From: Candidatus Micrarchaeia archaeon
GTDB taxonomy: Archaea; Micrarchaeota; Micrarchaeia; Burarchaeales; JACRGF01
Direction: 5' to 3'
DNA length: 40,471 nt
Assembly: GCA_038870455.1 (NCBI GenBank)
Contig: JAWCPB010000005.1
Location: forward strand, 1-40,471
Under the pieces are notes generated by a model. It was given only the letters and a program-made list of their open reading frames with translations, was not told the origin of the DNA and ran no database searches. Of the stretch, positions 17,136 to 24,741 are shown one piece after another. The translations under genes were made by a program, and so were the position numbers. Within the stretch, counting starts at the first letter, position 1; every line of letters starts with the position of its first letter.

Positions 17136-18492
17136 CGGTTGAGGGACGCTGCAGCAGCAACACATTGACGCCCGCCAATTCGAGCGGTCCCCTGCGCGAG
17201 GTTAGTGCCATGAGGAATGCCTTTCCGCTCGTTGAGGTGAATATCTCGCGCGTCAGATCACCGCTCAGCTGTTGGCGGAGTGACGCCGTGGTGTCGCCCC
17301 CTCCGAACAGGGTGGTGGCTCCCTTGTACTTGGCCGCCCAGCCGGCCGCTTCGAGCACCGTGTTCTGGCCGTGCGCGAACTCGCTTTCCTTGTACACGCC
17401 CATGGTGCCATTTCCGATAATCGTCCTCGCCTCGATGATGTCCTTGGCATACATGTACGCCGTGGCTCCCCCTATGTCCTTAATCATCTTGTCAGGATGC
17501 TTCTCTATCTCGGGAACAGGAACCTCCACCCTCCTGCCTCCCACGTCGATGGCCACGTCGATGGGCATGCCCACGGCATCACGGTGCTTCTCCAGCAGCA
17601 GGCGCGCGGGCTCGATCTGCTCCAGGATTTTTTTCTGTCTCATGAATTCCCTGACCGGGTGGGGCATCTTAACTCCGGCGGCTGCGAGAAAAACTTCCCC
17701 GACCACCCCGCCCGTCAGCACTTTGAATGCCTTCCCCTGTGCTCTCTCGATAAAGTTCTGGATGCTTTTGATGGAGTCGGAAACCTTGACCCCGCCCGTG
17801 AGCATCACGACCGGCTCCTGCGGAGTCAGGAATGCCTTCGTGAGCGCCTTGAGCTCCTTCTCCATCACCCTGCCGGCCACGGTCAGCCACTGGGCAAAAC
17901 CTATGACGGAACAGTGGGGGCGGTGCGCCACCGAAAATCCGTCCAGAATGAAAACAATCTCCCCCAAGCTTGAAATCCTTGTAACCAGCTGGCTCTTGGC
18001 GTGTTCTTCGACGCTTTTTTCCTCCATCTCGTAGGGAAGCAGCCTCGTGTTTTCGAGCAGTATGGTCTGCCCGTTGTCAAGCTTTTTCAGCACAGCCATA
18101 ACGCTGTCGCTGATGACGGCCTCCTCGCCCATCGCGATGATTTCCTCATCCGGCTTGTCCTTCCATAAATAGAGTATTTCGATGTCTGCGTACTTTTCAA
18201 GCGCCCTCCAGTGCTGTTTGAGGGGAATGAAGTCCTCATCGCCGGGCCTTCCCTGGTGGCTCAGCAGGATGATCGCCTTCGGCTTTCGTTTGTGCACCTC
18301 AACAACCGTCGCCGCATGCGCCCTGATTCGCTCATCATCAATCAGCGCGCCGTCCTTCACCGGGGAATTCAGGTCGAGGCGTATGACCGCGATTTTTCCC
18401 GTCAGATCGACCTGGTCCAGAGTAAGAAACCCTTGTCCGTTCTTGAAGGGTGGTTCGATGTCGGCCATCAGACCGCCAGAAACAGCGTACAT
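17125..18492 (-). CDS. pgk: Phosphoglycerate kinase (divergent C-terminal motifs)
   Basis: RLDLNSP, SHQGRP, LLENTR, AHR, GGVK, GGGDT; start at 18492 or 18468. Confidence 0.88.
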   Translation of the reverse strand: MYAVSGGLMADIEPPFKNGQGFLTLDQVDLTGKIAVIRLDLNSPVKDGALIDDERIRAHAATVVEVHKRKPKAIILLSHQGRPGDEDFIPLKQHWRALEKYADIEILYLWKDKPDEEIIAMGEEAVISDSVMAVLKKLDNGQTILLENTRLLPYEMEEKSVEEHAKSQLVTRISSLGEIVFILDGFSVAHRPHCSVIGFAQWLTVAGRVMEKELKALTKAFLTPQEPVVMLTGGVKVSDSIKSIQNFIERAQGKAFKVLTGGVVGEVFLAAAGVKMPHPVREFMRQKKILEQIEPARLLLEKHRDAVGMPIDVAIDVGGRRVEVPVPEIEKHPDKMIKDIGGATAYMYAKDIIEARTIIGNGTMGVYKESEFAHGQNTVLEAAGWAAKYKGATTLFGGGDTTASLRQQLSGDLTREIFTSTSGKAFLMALTSRRGPLELAGVNVLLLQRPSTVRR

Positions 18493-18507
18493 CTAGGCGT
18501 TTTCGGC

Positions 18508-18554
18508 TATAAAAGCATTTCGCAAATGCGCTCGAGAGCTGGCAAGTATTTAAA
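18508..18554. promoter_or_regulatory. Divergent pgk/ABCE1 promoter with two TATA boxes and palindrome GCATTT-CGC-AAATGC
   Basis: TATAAAA 18508-18514, palindrome 18515-18529, TATTTAAA 18547-18554. Confidence 0.6.
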
Positions 18555-18576
18555 CTCCTTTTTCCATAATTCTCCC

Positions 18577-18618
18577 ATGGAAACGGCTTCAGCCCAAGCT
18601 GCTTTTGCCTTTCACTAG
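18577..18618 (+). other. Candidate 13-aa uORF (METASAQAAFAFH) in structured ABCE1 leader
   Basis: ATG ~26 nt after the TATA box; enclosed by complementary AAACGGCT (18581-18588) and AGCCGTTT (18617-18624). Confidence 0.35.
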
Positions 18619-18642
18619 CCGTTTTCCCGCGAGTGACTTCTC

Positions 18643-20412
18643 ATGCCTAGGATAGCCGTCATAGACCGCGAGCTCTGCACAAAAGAGAAATGCGGTTACC
18701 AGTGCCTCAAGATATGCCCCCCTGTGCGCATGGGCGTTGAGGCGATAGTCGTAGGAAAAGACGGGTTTCCGGTCATCAGCGAGCTTCTCTGCACGGGCTG
18801 CGGCCTGTGCCCCAAGAAATGCCCCACCCGCGCCATCAAGATAGTCAACCTGCCTGAGGAAAAGGGGCTGCTTGTCTTCCAGTACGGCGTGAATTCCTTC
18901 CGCCTTTTCAACGCCCCGCTGCCCAAGCGTGGCTTTGTCGTTGGCCTGCTGGGAAGCAACGGAATAGGAAAGAGCACAGCGATCAAGCTCCTCTGCAACG
19001 AGCTCTCGCCGAACTTCGGGGTTTATGACAGGAAGCTTTCTCCGGATGAATTTCATGCCCGCATAAGAGGCCACCCAGACCTGCAGAACTACTTTTCAAG
19101 CGTCTTCAGAGGCCTGAGGGTAAGCCACAAGCCTCAGAACGTGGACGCCATCCCGGAGTTCTTCTCCGGCAGGGTGATTGACCTCCTCAAGCGCGCGGAC
19201 GAGAGGGGCAAACTTTGGGAGGGCATGCGCCTGTTCGGGCTCGAGAAGGTCGCCGACCACGAGGTGAAGAGCCTCAGCGGGGGCGAGCTACAACACCTCG
19301 CAATCTGCGCGGCTTGGCTCAAGGATGCCGACATCTACTTTTTCGACGAGCCGTCTTCCTACCTGGACATAGAGCAGAGGCTCCGGGCGGCCCAGCACAT
19401 CAAGGCCCTCGCGCTCTCCGAAGGCAAGAGCGTGGTTGTCGTGGAGCACGACCTCGCCGTGCTGGATTACCTGAGCGACCACGTGCATGTCTTCTACGGC
19501 GAAAAGGGCGCTTTCGGAGTGGTCAGTGCCCTCAAGGGCGTGCGCAACGGCATCAACGAGTTTCTCGAAGGCTACCTGAAGGAAGAGAACGTGCGCTTCC
19601 GTCCCAGCGAAATCCGTTTCGAGGTGGCGGGCGCTGGCGAGGAGGGAAAGGCTCCCGCAGCGCGTGCCTGGAGTTCCATGCGCAAGACCTATCCCTCCTT
19701 TTCCTTCTCGTGCGAGCCCGGCGAAATCAGGAAGGGCGAGGTGGTCGGCATCATCGGCCCTAACGCCATTGGCAAAAGCACTTTCATCAGGCTCCTCGCA
19801 GGCGCGGAGAAAGCTGACGAGGGTGGGGCCAACACCCACCTCAGGATATCTTACAAGCCGCAGTACCTCAAGGCCGACTTCGTTGGAACCGTCATGGAGC
19901 TGGTGATGACCTCGCAGCTCGACCAAACCTTGTTTGAGGAGGTGAAGCGCAGGCTCGAGCTCGAGGACCTCATGCTTAAGGAAGTGCAGCACCTTTCGGG
20001 AGGCGAGCTGCAGCGCGTTGCTATCGCCATGGCAATCTGCCGGGATGCTGATGTCTATCTGTTAGACGAGCCGTCTGCCTTCCTCGATGTGGAGCAGCGG
20101 CTTCACTTCGCCTCGCTTCTCAAGCGCCTCATCGAATCCACTGAAAAGACCGCCTTCGTAGTGGACCACGACCTGCTGCTCGTCGATTCCGTCGCCTCGC
20201 GCCTCATGGTTTTCGAAGGGGTTTCGAGCGTAAGGGGTTTTGCGGCCGCGCCCGTCAGCAAGCGCGCTGGCATGAACAGGTTCCTCTCGCGCGTCGGCAT
20301 CACCCTGCGCAGGGACAAGGAGACCGGGCGCCCTCGCGTGAACAAGCCCGGCTCGCAGATGGATGCAGAGCAGAAGGCCGCCGGAGAATATTACTACTAC
20401 AGCAGGAACTGA
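18643..20412 (+). CDS. rli: Ribosome recycling ATPase ABCE1/RLI1
   Basis: N-terminal Fe-S cysteines (C..KC...C...CP, CTGCGLC...CP), two NBDs (GSNGIGKS, GPNAIGKS, LSGGELQ twice), C-terminal GRPRVNK..S..D.EQK..GEYYY. Confidence 0.97.
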   Translation: MPRIAVIDRELCTKEKCGYQCLKICPPVRMGVEAIVVGKDGFPVISELLCTGCGLCPKKCPTRAIKIVNLPEEKGLLVFQYGVNSFRLFNAPLPKRGFVVGLLGSNGIGKSTAIKLLCNELSPNFGVYDRKLSPDEFHARIRGHPDLQNYFSSVFRGLRVSHKPQNVDAIPEFFSGRVIDLLKRADERGKLWEGMRLFGLEKVADHEVKSLSGGELQHLAICAAWLKDADIYFFDEPSSYLDIEQRLRAAQHIKALALSEGKSVVVVEHDLAVLDYLSDHVHVFYGEKGAFGVVSALKGVRNGINEFLEGYLKEENVRFRPSEIRFEVAGAGEEGKAPAARAWSSMRKTYPSFSFSCEPGEIRKGEVVGIIGPNAIGKSTFIRLLAGAEKADEGGANTHLRISYKPQYLKADFVGTVMELVMTSQLDQTLFEEVKRRLELEDLMLKEVQHLSGGELQRVAIAMAICRDADVYLLDEPSAFLDVEQRLHFASLLKRLIESTEKTAFVVDHDLLLVDSVASRLMVFEGVSSVRGFAAAPVSKRAGMNRFLSRVGITLRRDKETGRPRVNKPGSQMDAEQKAAGEYYYYSRN

Positions 20413-20711
20413 AGCGTGAAATAAGCGAGTATGGACAGCAGCGAGAGCGCGGTTGCCAGCGCGACCCCCATGCTCCATTTCATCGCGCCCCACCTCCTTA
20501 TCACCGAATCGAGCGTCCGCGTGTAATACACCGCCGCGGATACAACCGCAAAAAACGCAATTGCCAGAACGCTTTTTCCAATCCAGTGGTGGCCGAAAGC
20601 CGCTTTAAGCGCTTCCTTTGCCGCAGCCGAAAGCTCGGCTACCACGGTCAACACCGCAATGAACAATATCGTCAGGATGGTAGCAAAATAAACCGCCCGC
20701 GCGTCCCTCAT
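20397..20711 (-). CDS. 3-TM membrane protein with GHHW motif
   Basis: ATG 20711 overlaps the upstream stop (ATGA); 104 aa; FGHHWIGKS between helices. Confidence 0.75.
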   Translation of the reverse strand: MRDARAVYFATILTILFIAVLTVVAELSAAAKEALKAAFGHHWIGKSVLAIAFFAVVSAAVYYTRTLDSVIRRWGAMKWSMGVALATALSLLSILAYFTLQFLL

Positions 20712-21181
20712 GCTCCCGCCTCGAGCGCGGCCCGCGCTCCCGTGCTCACCGTATAACCCATGCCGGCAATCACGAAAACGAGCAGCACGACGAGCGCGCT
20801 CAGGAGGAGAACCGAGAATCGGAGCCCCGCGTCCCACGCGAGCCTCTTCCCGCCCAACCGGATCGCCGCCGCGCCCGCGAACGCGATGAACGGAACGAAG
20901 AGAAAAGCGTGTTCCTTCGCCTCCATGACGACCTCGTGAGCCCACGGGAGGGGCCCGCCTTTTATCACCGGCTTCACCTGCTTGCCGTAAGTCGTGGTGT
21001 AAGCGTACCCGCCTGCGAGCCAGCTCAAGAGAAGAAAAAGCACGCCGGCAGCGCTTGCCAGCTTCGCCCGCTTTACCCTCGCCTCATCCGGCTTGAGCAG
21101 CTCCACGAAAACCCACAGGAAGGCGAGCGCGCCGGCTTCCCCGAGGAAGGCGTGCGCTCCGACCAGCAGCTGGTAGCTCAT
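20708..21181 (-). CDS. 4-TM membrane protein with conserved-looking His/Glu motif
   Basis: GAHAFLGE in TM1 and PWAHEVVMEAKEH before TM3; four hydrophobic helices. Confidence 0.8.
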   Translation of the reverse strand: MSYQLLVGAHAFLGEAGALAFLWVFVELLKPDEARVKRAKLASAAGVLFLLLSWLAGGYAYTTTYGKQVKPVIKGGPLPWAHEVVMEAKEHAFLFVPFIAFAGAAAIRLGGKRLAWDAGLRFSVLLLSALVVLLVFVIAGMGYTVSTGARAALEAGA

Positions 21182-21198
21182 GAAAACGATATGCCGCC

Positions 21199-22107
21199 TT
21201 ATTTTTTAATCCGTTTGCCCCGCCTTTCGAGAAACTCCCGCAGGATGAGCGCCGCGGTCGCCATAAGAACGAGCGCCCCGAGGATTTCCGCGGCCGTCGA
21301 GCCGATTATCTCGCGCTGCAGCGAGTAGAAGAGGCTTTTTGTCCCAAGCGGGTCGAGCACATTCACCTGGCTCGTTCCCTGGAACGCGATGAAAACGATT
21401 CCGAGGGCAATCAGCAGGAGCCCAGAAACAATTTCAGCATACCTGGCGTGCTTCCTCAGCGCATCCGCTATGCCGAACCTGTCCGATACGAGGGAAAGTA
21501 GGAAGAACGGGACGAATATGCCGAGCGAATACACGAACAGCATCGAGGCCGAGTAAAACACGTTGGGCAGCATGCTCGCCACGAGCAGGATGCCAGCGAG
21601 CACTGGGCCGATGCACGCGCTCCAGCCGACCGCGAGGAGCAGGCCGGAGAGGTAGATGCCTGCCACATCATGCCCGTGCCTGTTGATCTGGATGTTCACG
21701 GGCAGGCCCTTTCCCGCACTCGCCAGGAGGCCGAGCAGGATGAGGAGCGCGCCGGAAGCCTGAATGAGTAGCGGGTTTGCGCTCTGAAACTGGGCGAGCG
21801 ACTGGCCGGCCATGGAGGCGAGCACGCCGAGCAGCACGAAGGTTGTTGTGAAGCCGAGGAAGAAGACGAAAGTCATCTTCACGAGCTCCCTTCTTTCCCT
21901 GAACGTGTAGGAAAAAAAGCCCGGAAGAATTGGGAGAATGCAGGGGGAGAGGAAAGACAGCATTCCCCCCAGGAACGCCGCGACAAAGGATATCCTCTGC
22001 GCTTCCGAGAGCGTCTCTTGCGCGGCTTTCTGCAGGTTTGGCGGGAGCGCGGCCGCGAGCACTCCGGAGGCCAAGAGAAGCAGCGCCGCGGTGCGAAGCA
22101 CTTTCAT
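21199..22107 (-). CDS. ccdA: CcdA/DsbD transmembrane electron-transfer protein
   Basis: SFLSPCILPILP and GWSACIGPVL redox cysteines; N-terminal signal-like segment; GGTGA RBS at 22115-22119 favours ATG 22107. Confidence 0.9.
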   Translation of the reverse strand: MKVLRTAALLLLASGVLAAALPPNLQKAAQETLSEAQRISFVAAFLGGMLSFLSPCILPILPGFFSYTFRERRELVKMTFVFFLGFTTTFVLLGVLASMAGQSLAQFQSANPLLIQASGALLILLGLLASAGKGLPVNIQINRHGHDVAGIYLSGLLLAVGWSACIGPVLAGILLVASMLPNVFYSASMLFVYSLGIFVPFFLLSLVSDRFGIADALRKHARYAEIVSGLLLIALGIVFIAFQGTSQVNVLDPLGTKSLFYSLQREIIGSTAAEILGALVLMATAALILREFLERRGKRIKK

Positions 22108-22127
22108 GCGCACATCACCACTACACC

Positions 22128-22958
22128 CTATGCTCCGGTGCGCAGCCTCATCAGCGGGTGGAGCTTCTTGAGGTTTGCGTACAGGAGCGCGAAAACCGCA
22201 TAGTACGCCAGCCAGCCCAGCACCTGGTACGGGGTTGGTGAATCGTCATAGCCCGTGAGCGCGTGCGCCACGCCCCCCAGCACTCCATTCTCATCCAAGA
22301 CGGCCTTTGTGCTCCACAGGGGCTCCTGCTCCGGAATGGCGCCGGCCTCTTGGAACTCGTGCACAGCGTGCGCGACCAGCCCGGCGGCGAAGATTATCAG
22401 CAGCACGCTCGTTGCGTTGAAGAACAGCCTGAGGTTTATCTTCATCGCGAACTCGAAGAGAAGGAACGCGAGGACGACCGCGGCGGCTATGCCTCCCAGC
22501 GCGCCCCACGCGGAAACCCCTCCCGCGGAAAACGCGGCCGCGCCGAGGAAAATGACCGTCTCGAATCCTTCCCTGAGGACCGACAGGAAAGTGAAGAGCG
22601 CGAGCCCGAGCGCGTACCCCCTGTTTATCTGCGTGGCGATCTTCCTTTCGATTTCCCTGCGCAGGTGCCTGCCGTGCTCCAGCATCCACAGAATCATCCA
22701 CGTTATCATGAGCGCCGCGAGGGCTATCACGACGCCCTCGAACAGCTCCTTCTTTATGCCCCACGCGGCCAGGTTGGAGCTGAAGTCCTGGAAAACCAGC
22801 CCCACGAAAACGCTCGCCACGAGGCCCGCAGCCATGCCGAGATAAACGTGCCTCTCGTACCTGTGGTTTCCGCTTCTCTCGAGGTAGGCGAGTATGATGC
22901 CCACGATGAGCGATACCTCGAGCGCCTCCCTGAACGTTATGATGAACTCCGCGATCAC
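22128..22958 (-). CDS. ftr1: FTR1/EfeU family iron permease
   Basis: Two RExxE motifs (FREALE, LREGFE), ~7 TM, AAGL..HAVHEFQEAG. Confidence 0.94.
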   Translation of the reverse strand: MIAEFIITFREALEVSLIVGIILAYLERSGNHRYERHVYLGMAAGLVASVFVGLVFQDFSSNLAAWGIKKELFEGVVIALAALMITWMILWMLEHGRHLRREIERKIATQINRGYALGLALFTFLSVLREGFETVIFLGAAAFSAGGVSAWGALGGIAAAVVLAFLLFEFAMKINLRLFFNATSVLLIIFAAGLVAHAVHEFQEAGAIPEQEPLWSTKAVLDENGVLGGVAHALTGYDDSPTPYQVLGWLAYYAVFALLYANLKKLHPLMRLRTGA

Positions 22959-22959
22959 G

Positions 22960-22985
22960 AAAAATTTAGGAGCGCCTAAGTTTTT
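22960..22985. promoter_or_regulatory. DtxR/IdeR/MntR-type operator overlapping the ftr1 promoter
   Basis: AAAAA-T-TTAGG-AGCG-CCTAA-G-TTTTT: TTAGG-N4-CCTAA core between the TATA-like element (22981-22987) and the start codon. Confidence 0.75.
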
Positions 22986-23062
22986 AACCCTATCGCGGAA
23001 GCGAGCCTCACGCCACGCGGGCCAGGGCCAATCATTAAAACTTTTGGCCGCGATTACCCAGC

Positions 23063-24031
23063 GTGGCAGCCATCACCACCAGCAAGCTGACCAAGCGCTT
23101 CGGAAACATCACCGCGGTGGATAACCTGGACTTGGAGGTTGAGGAGGGCGTGGTCTTCGGCCTGCTGGGCCCGAACGGCGCGGGCAAGACAACAACCATC
23201 AGCATGCTCTGCACCATACTCAAGCCCACTTCGGGAACAGCGCGCGTGGCCGGCTTCGACATCCGCTCCCAGCCCTCAAAGGTGAGGGAGAGCATCGGCA
23301 TCGTGTTCCAGGAGCCGAGCGTCGACGACCTGCTCACCGCGAGGGAGAACCTCGAGCTTCACTGCATGCTCTACAACATTCCGCGCGCCGAACGCGAGAG
23401 GCGCGTGGCGGACATGCTCGAGCTCGTGGGGCTTACGGACAGGGCAGGCGATCAAGTGCGCACCTACTCGGGCGGAATGCGCAGGCGCCTCGAGATAGCG
23501 CGCGGCCTGCTCCACAAGCCGAAAATCCTTTTCCTGGACGAGCCGACTCTCGGGCTCGACCCGGCGAGCAGGGCGCACATCTGGGACTACATCCAGCGCC
23601 TCGCGAGGGAAGGCGGCACGACCATGGTCCTCACCACCCACTACATGGAGGAGGCCGAGCTGCTGTGCGACCGCGTAGGGATAATCGACGAGGGCAAGAT
23701 AATCGCGTTGGGAACCCCGCGCGAGCTCAAGCGCGGGTTAGGCGAGGATGTCGTCAGGATGAGGGGAAAAGTGAATCTGCAGAGGCTCGGCAGGCTTCCT
23801 TTCGTGAAAAAGATAGAGAAGAAAGGGGTTTTCACAGAGCTTGTGGTCACCAACGCGGCCAGGAACCTCCAGCCTCTGCTGCGCGCCTGCGGCAGGCTCG
23901 CCTCCGTGGAGGTGAGGTCGGTCACGCTGAATGACGTCTTCCTGCACTATACGGGGAGAGAGATTCACGGGGGCGAGGCCGAGGGCTCCTGGTTCGAGCG
24001 CGTCATGCGCGCGGGTGGCGTGCATGCTTGA
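23063..24031 (+). CDS. ABC-2 exporter ATP-binding subunit (DrrA-like)
   Basis: GPNGAGKT, YSGGMRRRLEIARGL, FLDEP, TTH, TLNDVFLHYTG. Confidence 0.95.
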   Translation: MAAITTSKLTKRFGNITAVDNLDLEVEEGVVFGLLGPNGAGKTTTISMLCTILKPTSGTARVAGFDIRSQPSKVRESIGIVFQEPSVDDLLTARENLELHCMLYNIPRAERERRVADMLELVGLTDRAGDQVRTYSGGMRRRLEIARGLLHKPKILFLDEPTLGLDPASRAHIWDYIQRLAREGGTTMVLTTHYMEEAELLCDRVGIIDEGKIIALGTPRELKRGLGEDVVRMRGKVNLQRLGRLPFVKKIEKKGVFTELVVTNAARNLQPLLRACGRLASVEVRSVTLNDVFLHYTGREIHGGEAEGSWFERVMRAGGVHA

Positions 24032-24740
24032 GCCGCACGCGATATACGCAATCTGGCTCAGGGAGTTCAAGGTGTTCCTGAGGGAAAAGGAGCGCGTCGC
24101 CTCATCCATCGTCTCCCCCATCCTCTGGCTCTTTGTTTTCGGAAGCGGCCTCGGCGAAACCGTTTCACCCGGCGGCGTGGAGTACAGGGTGTTCATATTC
24201 CCGGGCATTCTCGCCATGTCCGTCCTGTTCATCTCAGTTTTCTACGGGCTTTACATCATCTGGGACAGGCGCCTCGACTTTCTCAAGGAGGTTCTCGTCG
24301 CGCCCATCTCGAGGGGCAGCGTCTTCCTGGGGAAGGCACTCGGGGGCGTGACGGACGCGATGTTCCAGGGAATTGTCCTGCTGGTCATCGGCACCGTGTT
24401 CATAACCCCGATCGAGCCAGTGCGCCTCCTGGCGAGCCTGGGCCTTGTCATCGGCGCCAACATGAGGAGCCAGGAGGGCTTTGTGCTCATCATCAACTTC
24501 GTGATGTGGCCCATGTTCTTCTTCAGCGGCGCGCTGTTTCCAGTCTCCAACCTCCCGGCTTTCCTCCAGCCGATCAGCGAGATAAACCCGCTAACCTACG
24601 CGGTCGATGCCCTCAGGGGCATTCTCCTCGGAACTGGCGCGTTCCCGCTTTACCTGGACATCGCGGCGCTCGCTGCGTTCGCGCTCGCCATGGGCGCGGT
24701 CGGCGTGGTGAGCTTCGGAAACCTCCAGCAGGCGAAGTGA
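24024..24740 (+). CDS. ABC-2 permease (DrrB-like), possibly with short internal deletion
   Basis: FIFPGILAM, DRRLDFLKEVLVAPISR, PMFFFSGALFP, NPLTYAVDALR; start ATG 24024. Confidence 0.9.
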   Translation: MLEPHAIYAIWLREFKVFLREKERVASSIVSPILWLFVFGSGLGETVSPGGVEYRVFIFPGILAMSVLFISVFYGLYIIWDRRLDFLKEVLVAPISRGSVFLGKALGGVTDAMFQGIVLLVIGTVFITPIEPVRLLASLGLVIGANMRSQEGFVLIINFVMWPMFFFSGALFPVSNLPAFLQPISEINPLTYAVDALRGILLGTGAFPLYLDIAALAAFALAMGAVGVVSFGNLQQAK

Positions 24741-24741
24741 A

